Shown here one piece after another: positions 1 through 9,169 of a stretch of DNA of 64,000 nt. This stretch comes from Corallococcus caeni. GTDB lineage: Bacteria; Myxococcota; Myxococcia; Myxococcales; Myxococcaceae. The DNA is taken from the NCBI RefSeq assembly GCF_036245885.1, contig NZ_BTTX01000008.1, one strand, 5' to 3'. The notes beneath the pieces were generated by a model that made no database searches, had not been told where the DNA came from, and was given only the letters and a program-made list of their open reading frames with translations. The position numbers and the translations under genes are program-made. The number at the start of each line of letters is the position of its first letter. Positions within the stretch are counted from its first letter, which is position 1.

Positions 1-1
1 C

Positions 2-601
2 CTGGCGAAGAAGTCCTTCAAGTACGGCTACCTGTCGGACCTGCGGCGGCGCGACCTGGAGGAGGCGGACTTCCTGCGCAACACCGCCATCTTCGAGATG
101 ATCACCACGGCGAACCACGGCAGCACGGTGCGCTATGGGAAGAACCCGTGGGCGCCGCACCTGCCCATGCCGGAGCTGCTGCACCACGACCAGGAAAAGG
201 ACAACAGCGCCCGCTTCTTCCGCCGCGTGCAGGAGGGCATGTACGACTACGCGCGAGACTACGCGCGGCTGTCTCCCCTGCTGCGCTTCACCGCGGACGA
301 GCTGCAGCCCGGCACGCTCCAGGAGCTCTTGCGCTACACGCGCTACCCCACGGAGCAGGAGGCGCGCGAGTTCCTCAAGTACTCGCACGTGGAGAGCTTC
401 GGCGTGCATGAGATCACCACCTTCGGCCTCAAGCTGGAGCTGGCGAAGCTGGCTCAGCTGGGCTCGGTGAAGGGGGCGCTCAAGGAGGCGTGGAAGGCCT
501 TCGAGACGAACCCCTGGCGCGACAGCGTGGTGCGCCGCAGCGGCGTGCCGCTGGCGAACCTGGCCTACGACGCCTGGTTCACCTGGCGGGCCATCCGCTA
601 G
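2..601 (+). CDS. C-terminal fragment of a hypothetical protein; the gene starts upstream of the window
   Basis: Open frame from base 2 in the same frame as ORF 98..601, stop TAG at 599-601. Codon third positions are GC-rich. No recognisable motif. It sits next to the polysaccharide ABC-export genes. Confidence 0.5.
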   Translation: MAKKSFKYGYLSDLRRRDLEEADFLRNTAIFEMITTANHGSTVRYGKNPWAPHLPMPELLHHDQEKDNSARFFRRVQEGMYDYARDYARLSPLLRFTADELQPGTLQELLRYTRYPTEQEAREFLKYSHVESFGVHEITTFGLKLELAKLAQLGSVKGALKEAWKAFETNPWRDSVVRRSGVPLANLAYDAWFTWRAIR

Positions 602-604
602 CCG

Positions 605-3415
605 TCACGTGGGCGGGCGGCGCGCGCTGGGCACCTCGTGGGCCAGCGTGCGCACCGCCAGCGCCTCGCCGTCCTCGGGGTGGCGGCGCAGGTCGCAGTC
701 CCCCGACAGGAGCGTGAGGTTGGGGTTGTAGTAGGGGTCGCCCTTGAGCAGCCACGGCCGGTACGACGTGAAGGAGCGCCAGTAGTCCGGCTCTGGAATG
801 GCGTCCGTGCGGCGGCTGGCGGACTCGTGGTGCACCACGCGCGCGAAGGGCGTGCACACCACGCGCAGGCCCCGGGCGTGCAGCCGCAGCCCCAGGTCCA
901 CGTCGCTGCCGCACAGGAGGAAGCGCTCGTCGAAGCCGCCCAGCGCGTCGAAGAGAGGCCGGCGGATCATCACGCACGCGCTGGTGACGGACAGCCAGTT
1001 GCGCACCCACTCCGTGTGGCCGAAGGGCGTGACGATGGGCCCGTCCGGCAGGCGCCAGAAGGGGTGGCCCGCCATGCCCGTCATTCCCACGACGATGCCC
1101 GCGTGCTGCACGGTGCCCTCGGGGAAGAGGAGCTTCGCGCCCACCGCGCCCACCTCCGGGCGCTGCGCCTGGGACACCAGCTCCGTGAGCCAGCCGGGGT
1201 CCACCACTTCCATGTCGTTGTTGAGGAACAGCAGCAGCTCGCCCGTGGCCTGCCCCGCCGCCCAGTTGTTGATGGCCGGGTAGTTGAAGGGGAAGTCCCA
1301 GGTGCGCTTCACCACGCGCGGGTCGTTCAGCGTGTCCAGGAGCGCGAAGGTCTCCGGGCGGACGCTGTTGTTGGACACGAGCACCAGCTCGAAGTGCGGG
1401 TACGTCGTGCGCTCCAGCAGCGTGTCCGTGAGCGTCTTGAGGAGGTCCGGCCGGTCCTTGAACGGGACGATGATGGACACCTTCGGGGTGCCCCGGACGG
1501 CGTAGCGCACGCGGTAGCGGCCGGGCCCTGGCACCGTCACCTCGGCGTCCTCGCCCCGGCGCGCCAGGTGCTCCGCGAGCGCGCGGCGGCCCTCCTGGGA
1601 CACCTGCCCGACGGTGCCCAACCGCCGGTGGTAGAGCAGGTGTGGCACGTGGCCGATGCGCTCCGTCGCCTCGCTGAGGCGCAGGAAGAGGTCGTACTCC
1701 TCGGCGCCCGGGAAGCCCTCGCGGAAGCCGCCCACGGATTCCACCAGTGAGCGGCGCGCCATCACGCCCCGGCCCAGGTAGTCCACCGAGCGCAGCAGGT
1801 CCGGGGACCAGTCCGGCTTGAAGAAGGGGGCCGTGCGGCGCCCTCGCGTGTCCAGCCGGTCCTCATCGCCGTAGACGACGTCCAGGCCCGGGGTCGCGCC
1901 CAGGGCCAGCGCCACCTCCGCCAGGGCATGGGGCGCGAGCGTGTCCTCCGCGCCCAGCACGCCCACGAAGTCACCGCTGGCGGCCTGGAGGCCCACGCGC
2001 AGCGCGCGGGCGAAGTCGGTGGGCCCGGAGAGCGTCACCCGGCGGATGCGCGGCTGACGGCGCGACGAGGCCCAGGGCTCGGGCAGCGCGGGCCCGTCCT
2101 CCGGCCCCACGAGCACCAGCTCCCACTCCGGGTACACCTGCGCCTCCACCGACGCGAGGCACTCGCGCAGGTGCGCGGGACAGGCCCCCGCGGTGGCGAC
2201 CAGGAGGGACAGCCGGGGACGGCGCGGCAGCCGCGCCACGGCCTCGCGGGCGGCGTGGATGGCTCCGGACTCGCGCAGCGTGCACCAGTGGTGGAAGTCC
2301 TCCAGCGCGGGCACGGGCGGAGGCGGCGTGCGCACGCCGAGGATGGCGGCCAGCGCCACCACCGCCTCACCGTTGAAGCGGGACTGCCGGCGCAGCACTT
2401 CGCTCCACAGCGGCGCGGAGGCCCGGACGCCCCGGGGCAGCCCTGGCTGGGCCAGCGGAGACGCCAGCGCCACGAGTCGCGCCACCCGGTGCGTGGCATC
2501 CAGCGGATCCGGAGTGCCTGAACCCGGCGTGGCGGCGACGGACAGCAGGGTCTCGCGCATCCGCGCGTTCCACTCCGCCTGGCGCTCGAGCAGCGGCTCC
2601 AGCACGGGCCGCATCGCCCGGCGCCACGCGCGCCACGCCAGCTTCCAGGCCATGTCCACGGGAGCGAAGCCGCGCGCCTTGCGCCGCTCGCGCGGTCCAC
2701 CCGCGGCCCCGACCTCCACGAAGTCCAGCGTGCCATGCGGAGCACGCGAGGCAGGCGCTGAAGAGCCCCCACCAAAGCCCTGGGCGTCGCCCCGCCTCTG
2801 AGCGACTCCCTCCGAAGAGCCCTCGCTGACGCTCCGGGCGCCATCCCGCGTCTGAGCGACTCCCGACGACGCGGTCCCTCCGAAACCCTGGGCGCCCTCC
2901 CGCGTCTGAGCAACTCCCACCGAGGAGCCCCCTGCGAAGCCCCGGGCGGCTCCCGCCGGAGCGGCATGGCCGCCCCCCTGCGCGTCCAGCTGCCCGCGGA
3001 CCCAGTCCGTCAGGTCCTCACGGGTGCCCTGGTCGCGCCGGGCCTCCAGCCGCTCCAGCACGCGCAGCACGCGCTGGTTGAAGGCGGCCTGGGGCTTGAG
3101 CAGTTCGACGTGCAGCGGGCGCAGGCCCATGACGAAGGCGCGCTTGGCGGCTGTTACCCACTGGCCTCCCGACGCCCGGTGCGACGGCGGCACGGAGAAG
3201 TCGAACGGGACGGCGAGCCTCGCCGCGGCCAGCAGCGGCGACAGGGGCGTGTTGGCCGGAGGCACCAGCCGGCGCAACCGCTCCGTCAGCACCGCCAGCT
3301 CCCGGGCGTTGGCCTCGGAGGGCTCCGCGCGCAGGGCGGCGATGCGCTCGGCGAGCTCCCCGGCGGACTCCGCGGCCTGCCCCCCCTCGGGCATGGTGTG
3401 GAACAAGGTACTCAC
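605..3415 (-). CDS. Large glycosyltransferase with two GT2 (GT-A) domains and a ~300-aa non-catalytic N-terminal extension. Likely the O-antigen glycosyltransferase WbgA/RfbC type.
   Basis: 936-aa ORF. It has two GT2 signatures: LLVATAGACPAHLRECLASVEAQVYPEWELVLV..DGP and SIIVPFKDRPDLLKTLTDTLLERTTYPHFELVLVSNNS, each with a downstream acidic motif. Its position next to wzt/wzm matches M. xanthus rfbABC. Confidence 0.8.
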   Translation of the reverse strand: MSTLFHTMPEGGQAAESAGELAERIAALRAEPSEANARELAVLTERLRRLVPPANTPLSPLLAAARLAVPFDFSVPPSHRASGGQWVTAAKRAFVMGLRPLHVELLKPQAAFNQRVLRVLERLEARRDQGTREDLTDWVRGQLDAQGGGHAAPAGAARGFAGGSSVGVAQTREGAQGFGGTASSGVAQTRDGARSVSEGSSEGVAQRRGDAQGFGGGSSAPASRAPHGTLDFVEVGAAGGPRERRKARGFAPVDMAWKLAWRAWRRAMRPVLEPLLERQAEWNARMRETLLSVAATPGSGTPDPLDATHRVARLVALASPLAQPGLPRGVRASAPLWSEVLRRQSRFNGEAVVALAAILGVRTPPPPVPALEDFHHWCTLRESGAIHAAREAVARLPRRPRLSLLVATAGACPAHLRECLASVEAQVYPEWELVLVGPEDGPALPEPWASSRRQPRIRRVTLSGPTDFARALRVGLQAASGDFVGVLGAEDTLAPHALAEVALALGATPGLDVVYGDEDRLDTRGRRTAPFFKPDWSPDLLRSVDYLGRGVMARRSLVESVGGFREGFPGAEEYDLFLRLSEATERIGHVPHLLYHRRLGTVGQVSQEGRRALAEHLARRGEDAEVTVPGPGRYRVRYAVRGTPKVSIIVPFKDRPDLLKTLTDTLLERTTYPHFELVLVSNNSVRPETFALLDTLNDPRVVKRTWDFPFNYPAINNWAAGQATGELLLFLNNDMEVVDPGWLTELVSQAQRPEVGAVGAKLLFPEGTVQHAGIVVGMTGMAGHPFWRLPDGPIVTPFGHTEWVRNWLSVTSACVMIRRPLFDALGGFDERFLLCGSDVDLGLRLHARGLRVVCTPFARVVHHESASRRTDAIPEPDYWRSFTSYRPWLLKGDPYYNPNLTLLSGDCDLRRHPEDGEALAVRTLAHEVPSARRPPT

Positions 3416-3478
3416 TTCCCAGGCGCCTCCCCTTTTTCAAGGCCCCGGGCCGCGGCGTGCGGGAGGCCTCCTCCCCCC

Positions 3479-4825
3479 TCAGGAGGCCGCGGCATGCTTG
3501 GACACGGAGACCGCCTGGACGGGAGCGGCCGGAGCCTCCTCCACCACCCAGGAATGCTCCGGCCGGAAGACGCCCCGGTCGTCGTGCTCCGTGGACACGG
3601 AGAAGGTGCAGCGCGCTTCGCGGCCCGGCTCCGGATTCGCGTTGTTGCCCGTCTTCAACTCCACGCTCAGCACGTAGGAGCCACCCAGCAGCCCCAGCCG
3701 GGGAAGCACGAAGCGCAGCCGGCCCTGCGGCGGCAGCGGCGTCGGCAGCGGCACCCGGTCCGTCCGAGTGCTCGTCACGTACAGCACCGCCCCGTCCGCG
3801 GTGGACAGCGTGAGGACGAACTCCACGTCCTCCACCGACTCGCGCGCCACGTAGTCGATGCAGACCTCCGCGCGCGTCTCCGTGGTGACGAGCCCCAGCT
3901 CCTCCCCGCGCGGCCCGCTCAGCCACACCCGCGACACAGCGACGGGCGGCGACGCCGGCGGCTCGTCCCGCACCACCGCGCCCTCCGACAGCGACGGCAG
4001 CGCCCCGCCCCCTTCGGTCAGGGCCGGCGGGGTGAACACCGTGGAGCGCGCCTCCGCGAGCGACACCGCCTGCCGGTACTCGGCGGCGATTTCGGCCGGG
4101 GTGCCCACGCGGCGGATCCGCCCGCCGTCCAGCCACGCCGCCTGGTCGCACCAGCGCTCCACGGTGGACATGTCGTGCGTGACCAGGACGATGGTCTTCC
4201 CCAGCCGCTTGAACTCCGTCATCTTCGCGAGGCTCTTCTTGCTGAAGTGCTCGTCGCCGACGGCGAGGATCTCATCGATGATGAGGATGTCCGGGTCCAC
4301 GTGCGTGGCCACGGAGAACGCCAGGCGCATGTACATGCCGCTGGAGTACGTGCGCACCGGCTCGTCGATGAACTCTCCCAGCTCGCTGAACGCGATGATG
4401 TCGTCCATCTTCGCGCGCACCTCGGTCCGGGACATGCCGAGGATGATGCCGTTGATGAGGATGTTCTCCCGGCCGGAGAAGTCCGGGTGGAAGCCCGCCC
4501 CCAGGTCCAGCAGCGCGGAGATGCGCCCGTTCACCTGGATGCTGCCGGACGTGGGCGAATAGATGCCGGTGATGAGCTTCAGCAGCGTGCTCTTGCCGGA
4601 GCCGTTGCGCCCCAGGATGGCCACCGTCTGGCCCTTGGGGATGCGCAGGTTGACGCCGCGCAGGGACTCGATGAAGCGCCCCTGCTGGGAGGCGTGCCGC
4701 TGCCCTCGCAGCCAGCGCACGAGCTCCGACTTGAACGTGGTGTATTCCCCCCGGATGGTCTTCTTCCGGAAGTTCTTCACCACGTCCTGGATGACGATGG
4801 CGTCCTCGGTCGGTGACTGGACCAT
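3479..4825 (-). CDS. wzt: Polysaccharide/O-antigen ABC exporter ATP-binding protein (Wzt/TagH type) with a C-terminal carbohydrate-binding extension
   Basis: Walker A GRNGSGKST, signature YSSGM, Walker B ILIIDE, H-loop VTHD. The ~200-aa C-terminal beta-rich extension is typical of Wzt. Start ATG at 4823-4825, directly abutting wzm. Confidence 0.85.
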   Translation of the reverse strand: MVQSPTEDAIVIQDVVKNFRKKTIRGEYTTFKSELVRWLRGQRHASQQGRFIESLRGVNLRIPKGQTVAILGRNGSGKSTLLKLITGIYSPTSGSIQVNGRISALLDLGAGFHPDFSGRENILINGIILGMSRTEVRAKMDDIIAFSELGEFIDEPVRTYSSGMYMRLAFSVATHVDPDILIIDEILAVGDEHFSKKSLAKMTEFKRLGKTIVLVTHDMSTVERWCDQAAWLDGGRIRRVGTPAEIAAEYRQAVSLAEARSTVFTPPALTEGGGALPSLSEGAVVRDEPPASPPVAVSRVWLSGPRGEELGLVTTETRAEVCIDYVARESVEDVEFVLTLSTADGAVLYVTSTRTDRVPLPTPLPPQGRLRFVLPRLGLLGGSYVLSVELKTGNNANPEPGREARCTFSVSTEHDDRGVFRPEHSWVVEEAPAAPVQAVSVSKHAAAS

Positions 4826-5605
4826 CTAGATGGACTCCGCGAACTCCTCGCGGCGGCTCTCGAAGATCTGCGTGGCACCCCACAGCAGCACGATGGAGAC
4901 GCCCAGGAGCGACACGAGCGGCACCGCGTCCGGCAGACGGTGCTCGTAGAAGATGGCCTGGTACGAGGTGATGAGGATGGACATCGGATTGAGCACCTGC
5001 AGCACGCGCCGGTACTCCTCCGGGATGGTGGACAGCTTGTAGAGCACCGGCGTCATGAAGAACCACAGCGTCATCAGGTTCATCACGATGTGCTGCAGGT
5101 CCCGGAACGTCACGTTGAAGGCGCTGACCGCGTACACCACCGCGAAGGTGAAGCACATCTGGATCAGCACCACCACGGGGAACAGCAGCACGTGCCAGGT
5201 CGGCACCACGCCGAAGATGAGCCCCAGCACCACCATCAGGGGCAGGGAGAAGATGAAGTTGCAGAAGTTGGTGGCCACCACCGTCGCCGGCAGCACCTGG
5301 GCCGGGAAGCGCACCTTGGTCATCAGGTCGCGCCGGTCGCTGATGGCGCTGGCGCCAGCGGACACCGACGTGGAGAACCAGATCCACGGCAGCAGGCCCA
5401 CGAACATGAAGTAGGCGTAGTGCGGAATCTGGTTCTTCATGAACACGCCGAACAGCAGCGCGTAGACCAGCATGTGCAGGGTGGGGTTCAGGAACGTCCA
5501 GAAGAAGCCCAGCACCGAGCCGCGATAGCGCGCCTTCAGCTCGCGCTGCACCAGGCTGAGGAGGAGCCCCCGGTACGAATAGAGTTCCCGGAAGTTGCGA
5601 ATCAT
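4826..5605 (-). CDS. wzm: ABC-2 type polysaccharide exporter permease (Wzm)
   Basis: 259-aa, 6-TM ABC-2 permease starting MIRNFRELYSYRGLLLSLVQRELKARYRGSVLGFFW. The ORF track extends it to 5917, but that extension runs through two tRNA genes and is spurious. The ATG at 5603-5605 is the real start. Confidence 0.85.
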   Translation of the reverse strand: MIRNFRELYSYRGLLLSLVQRELKARYRGSVLGFFWTFLNPTLHMLVYALLFGVFMKNQIPHYAYFMFVGLLPWIWFSTSVSAGASAISDRRDLMTKVRFPAQVLPATVVATNFCNFIFSLPLMVVLGLIFGVVPTWHVLLFPVVVLIQMCFTFAVVYAVSAFNVTFRDLQHIVMNLMTLWFFMTPVLYKLSTIPEEYRRVLQVLNPMSILITSYQAIFYEHRLPDAVPLVSLLGVSIVLLWGATQIFESRREEFAESI

Positions 5606-5718
5606 GCGCCGGTATCCATACCGCAAAGGGTCCGCCGGTGGCGAACGCCCTGGAACAGCGGACCGCCGGCCCCTCGCGCGCCCGCCTGCCGTGGTGCACC
5701 GTGGCGGTACCGCACGGA

Positions 5719-5754
5719 GAGAAAGAAAAAGGCCCCCTGGTTTCCCAGAGGGCC
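5719..5754 (-). terminator. Rho-independent terminator downstream of the tandem tRNA-Gly genes
   Basis: On the minus strand: GGCCCTCTGG-gaaa-CCAGGGGGCC stem-loop followed by TTTTTCTTTCTC, immediately 3' of the tRNA at 5761. Confidence 0.7.
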
Positions 5755-5760
5755 TTCGAT

Positions 5761-5835
5761 TGGAGCGGGAAAAGGGATTTGAACCCTCGACCCTCGCCTT
5801 GGCAAGGCGATGCTCTACCGCTGAGCTATTCCCGC
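5761..5835 (-). tRNA. tRNA-Gly (anticodon GCC)
   Basis: The reverse complement reads GCGGGAATAGCTCAGCGGTAGAGCATCGCCTTGCCAAGGCGAGGGTCGAGGGTTCAAATCCCTTTTCCCGCTCCA. It has a cloverleaf with anticodon loop CTTGCCAAG, a T-loop GGTTCAAATCC, and an encoded CCA. Confidence 0.9.
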
Positions 5836-5872
5836 ATCTGGTGCTGCGAACCGCCGTCCTACGGACTGCATC

Positions 5873-5947
5873 TGGAGCGGGAAAAGGGATTTGAACCCTC
5901 GACCCTCGCCTTGGCAAGGCGATGCTCTACCGCTGAGCTATTCCCGC
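5873..5947 (-). tRNA. tRNA-Gly (anticodon GCC), identical tandem copy
   Basis: Exact 75-nt duplicate of 5761..5835, separated by a 37-nt spacer. Confidence 0.9.
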
Positions 5948-6027
5948 ATCTGGTGCCGCGTGCTGCCTACCGCCCGGTCAGTGCCGCCCCGGAAGTGGGG
6001 CGGATATACAGAGGCCTCCCGGGCACG

Positions 6028-6717
6028 TCAAACACTTTTCGCGTCCGGATCCGCCCCTCCCCGCCGGGCAAGCATCCCGAGGAACGCACGGAAGTAGACG
6101 ACGGCGCTCCACACGCTGAACGCTCCCGACAGGTACACCAGCACCTTGCCCACCTGGTTGTAGTCCACGGGGACGGTGCGGAAGCCCAGGTCCAGCGGGT
6201 GCACGTAGTGGACGCACAGGGAGATGATCCCCACCAGCTGGAGGGACGTCTTCCACTTCCCCTCCTGCCCCGCGGCGATGACCATGCCCTCGCTGGCGGC
6301 GATGGTGCGCAGGCCGCTGACGATGAACTCGCGGGCCAGGAGCACGATGACGACCCAGGCGGCGATGCGGCCCAGGCGGACCATCATCACCAGGGCGGCC
6401 ATGGCGATGAGCTTGTCCGCCAGCGGGTCCATGAACTTGCCCACCACGGTGATGAGGTTCCAGCGGCGGGCCAGGTAGCCGTCGACCACGTCGGTGATGG
6501 CGGCCACCGCGAACACCAGGCCGGCCAGGAGCGAGTGCAGGGGGTCCGCGTCGTAGGTGAGCCAGACGAACACGGGGATGATGAGGATGCGCCCCAGCGT
6601 GAGCATGTTGGGCAGGTTCCAGAACTCCTGCACCAGGATGCTGGGACGGCGGGAGGCGCGGCGGCGGGCCCGCTCCTCGCGCTTGCGCTGCTTCCTGAGG
6701 GCTCGCTCGGTGGCCAT
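6028..6717 (-). CDS. pgsA: CDP-diacylglycerol--glycerol-3-phosphate 3-phosphatidyltransferase
   Basis: CDP-alcohol phosphatidyltransferase motif DVVDGYLARRWN...GKFMDPLADK, with multiple TM segments. Confidence 0.8.
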   Translation of the reverse strand: MATERALRKQRKREERARRRASRRPSILVQEFWNLPNMLTLGRILIIPVFVWLTYDADPLHSLLAGLVFAVAAITDVVDGYLARRWNLITVVGKFMDPLADKLIAMAALVMMVRLGRIAAWVVIVLLAREFIVSGLRTIAASEGMVIAAGQEGKWKTSLQLVGIISLCVHYVHPLDLGFRTVPVDYNQVGKVLVYLSGAFSVWSAVVYFRAFLGMLARRGGADPDAKSV

Positions 6718-6728
6718 GGGCGCGCGTT

Positions 6729-8435
6729 CTACCGGACCCCGAGTGCGATGAGGGCAAATCCTTCACCGCCCAGCTCCACCGCACCCCGCAGTGTCTCCCC
6801 GGCGGCGGGCGCCACCAGGGGCACCACGCGGGGGGTGAGGTTGCCCACCCAGCCCACCAGGTGCGTGAGGGGCACCGTCACCGGCTGGTCCATGGCCACC
6901 GGCACCGAGCGCAGCGGGCCCGACAGGCTGAGCAGCACCCGCCCCTGCCCGCGCAGGTGCACGAGGTCCAGGTCCTGGGCCAGCTCCGACGGCACGCGGC
7001 CGTTCTCGAAGACGACGGGCTCCTCGAAGGCGAAGACGCACGCGTCGCGCAGGTAGACGGACTCGTCATCCAGGACCACCGGCACCAGCTGCCGCCCGGA
7101 AGAGGGCTCCAGGTGCAGCGTGCCCTGCCCCCGGGCGCGCACCATGGCCTGGTCGCCCTCGCCGAAGGGCTTGTCCGTGGCCCGGCCCCGGAAGCGCTTC
7201 ATCTCCGGCTGGAAGGTCACCTGTCCGCGCACGGCGACCAGCCCCTCCAACCGGGTGAGCAGCTCGCCGTTCACCGCCAGCGTCACGCCCGCCGCCCCCT
7301 GCGTGAAGGGCTGTCCCGGCACCGCGCCCGGCAGCGCCACCGTGGGCACCCACTCGGTGAGCACGGGCGGGTTCATGCCGGGGACAGCGCCGGGCACGGG
7401 AGCCGGCTCGGAGTGCCGGGCGATGGGAGCCGGCTCGCTCTTCGCCAGCGCGTCGAAGGTCTCCGCGAAGGCGGCGCCGGGCTCCGACTCCAGGTCGGAC
7501 GCGAGGACGGGCGGCTCCTCGGAGACTTCAATCTCCTCCGACACCGGCGTGGGGGGCAGCTCGTCGGCGACCTCGACGTCGGCGCCGGAGGTGTCCGCGT
7601 CCGTGGTGGCGGCCAGCTCCGCGTCGTCCCCGTAGGCGCTCTCTCCAGCGGCGAGGCTCGGGTCCTCGTCGTCCTGGATGCGACTGGCGAAGGCGCGCGC
7701 GTCCGTGGGGGCGGGCGGGCCCTCGTCCTCGGCGAAGCGCAGGTCGTCGTCCGGAGGCTTCGCCAGAGCCTGGGGAGCCTGGGGAGCCTGGGACGGCGCG
7801 GCGGCGCGCGGGCTCCGGGGCGCTTCATCCAGGCCGAACTGGGCGCCCCAGTCGCTCTCACCGGACGAAGGCGGGGGCGCGGCGCTCTCCTCCTCCTCGC
7901 GCGGACGGGCCGGCGCGGGAGCGGGCGGCGCGGGCGGGCGGCTGTAGCCCTCCCCCGCGATGGCGCGCGACATCTTCTCCGCCATGGCGTCGCTGCCGGA
8001 CAGCAGGAAGTGCTCGCGCGCGCGGCCGTACTCGCCCATCTGGGCGAAGGTCAGGCCCAGGTAGTTGTGGGCCTTCTTGTGGTCCGGGGCCAGGTCGGTG
8101 GCCGTCTCGAACTCGCGCGCCGCGCGCTGGAGCGCGTTCGTCTTCAGGTAGACGAGCCCCAGGTTCACGCGCAGCGTGGGGTCCACCGGGTTGTCCCGCA
8201 CGAGCATCTCGTACAGGTCCGCCGCGCGGTCGAAGAGGCCCAGCTTGAAATACGACAGGCCCAGGAGGTTCTGGGCCTTCTCGTGGCGCGGCTGGAGCTG
8301 GTGCGCACGCTCCAGGAAGTCCTTCGCTTCGGTGACCTTGCCGGCGCCCAGCAGCTCCGCTCCACGGTGGAGCTGCCGCAGGAACTCCTCTTCAGCGGGG
8401 CCCGGCTCCTTCGTCCCCTTCGTGCGCGTCGTCAT
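6729..8435 (-). CDS. TPR-repeat protein with a Pro/Ala-rich acidic linker and a beta-rich C-terminal domain (possibly AIM24/DUF124-like)
   Basis: N-terminal TPR repeats (LGLSYFKLGLFDRAADLYEMLV..., LGLVYLKTNALQRAAREFE, LGLTFAQMGEYGRAREHF). The start is uncertain: the ORF opens at 8477, but the M at 8435 reduces the overlap with the upstream lytic transglycosylase gene. Confidence 0.55.
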   Translation of the reverse strand: MTTRTKGTKEPGPAEEEFLRQLHRGAELLGAGKVTEAKDFLERAHQLQPRHEKAQNLLGLSYFKLGLFDRAADLYEMLVRDNPVDPTLRVNLGLVYLKTNALQRAAREFETATDLAPDHKKAHNYLGLTFAQMGEYGRAREHFLLSGSDAMAEKMSRAIAGEGYSRPPAPPAPAPARPREEEESAAPPPSSGESDWGAQFGLDEAPRSPRAAAPSQAPQAPQALAKPPDDDLRFAEDEGPPAPTDARAFASRIQDDEDPSLAAGESAYGDDAELAATTDADTSGADVEVADELPPTPVSEEIEVSEEPPVLASDLESEPGAAFAETFDALAKSEPAPIARHSEPAPVPGAVPGMNPPVLTEWVPTVALPGAVPGQPFTQGAAGVTLAVNGELLTRLEGLVAVRGQVTFQPEMKRFRGRATDKPFGEGDQAMVRARGQGTLHLEPSSGRQLVPVVLDDESVYLRDACVFAFEEPVVFENGRVPSELAQDLDLVHLRGQGRVLLSLSGPLRSVPVAMDQPVTVPLTHLVGWVGNLTPRVVPLVAPAAGETLRGAVELGGEGFALIALGVR

Positions 8436-9081
8436 TCTCGGGTGTGGGCTCACGGCTGCTGGCCTCGGCCTGGGCAAGCCGCTCGCGCTCCTTGTAGTGG
8501 TAGTAGAGCTGGAGGACCTTGCGCACGTACTCCTGCGTCTCGGCGTAGGGCGGCACCTGGCCTCCGTACTTCTTCACCGCGTCCGGCCCGGCGTTGTACG
8601 CGGCGACCATCTTCACCATGTCGCCGTCGAACATGTTCGCCAGCACGCGCAGGTAGCGCACGCCACCCTCGATGTTGTCCTTCGAGTCGAAGATGTCCTT
8701 CACGTACATGTCCGACGCGGTGCCCGGCATGAGCTGCATCAGCCCGCTGGCGCCCTTGTGGCTGAGCGCGTTCGGGTTGAAGTTGCTCTCCGTGTGCATG
8801 ATGGCGCGCACCAGCGCCGGCGGGATGCGGTAGCGCAGCGCCGCGGTGGTGATGTGCGGATCCAGCTCCGCGGGCGTCCGCGAGCGGCCCCGCACGGGCG
8901 CGGACTTGGCCGGCGCGGGCGTGAAGGTCCCGGACAGCTTGCGCGCCTTGCGCGCGCCTCCGGGCGGCACGTTCGTGTAGACGATGGTGCCGTCCTTCTC
9001 GACGTAGCTGTAGATGCCGTCGGAGGCGTACGCCGGGAGGGCGGCGGTCAGCAGGACGACGAGGGCGGTCAGGACACGCAT
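8392..9081 (-). CDS. Lytic transglycosylase (SLT domain), secreted
   Basis: Signal peptide MRVLTALVVLLTAALPAYA. SLT catalytic region ...ESNFNPNALSHKGASGLMQLMPGTA...AYNAG. Start ATG at 9079-9081. Confidence 0.8.
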   Translation of the reverse strand: MRVLTALVVLLTAALPAYASDGIYSYVEKDGTIVYTNVPPGGARKARKLSGTFTPAPAKSAPVRGRSRTPAELDPHITTAALRYRIPPALVRAIMHTESNFNPNALSHKGASGLMQLMPGTASDMYVKDIFDSKDNIEGGVRYLRVLANMFDGDMVKMVAAYNAGPDAVKKYGGQVPPYAETQEYVRKVLQLYYHYKERERLAQAEASSREPTPENDDAHEGDEGAGPR

Positions 9082-9169
9082 GGCGGCGGCCGAAACCTTA
9101 GACAACGCCCGGAAAGTCCTCAAGAAATCGCCTTGTTTCCAGCACTTACCGCCATTAAGGCTGTCGGCC

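Noticed and set aside
638-4816. Long plus-strand ORFs (638..1750, 1928..2521, 2966..4816 and others) antisense to the glycosyltransferase and wzt genes
   Set aside because: These are typical high-GC antisense open frames. Their translations are Arg/Ala/Gly/Pro-rich low-complexity sequences with no motifs, and they overlap well-supported genes.
4826-5917. 363-aa ORF call for the Wzm permease extending to 5917
   Set aside because: The upstream 104 codons run through two tRNA-Gly genes and the terminator. The true start is the ATG at 5603-5605 (MIRNFREL...).
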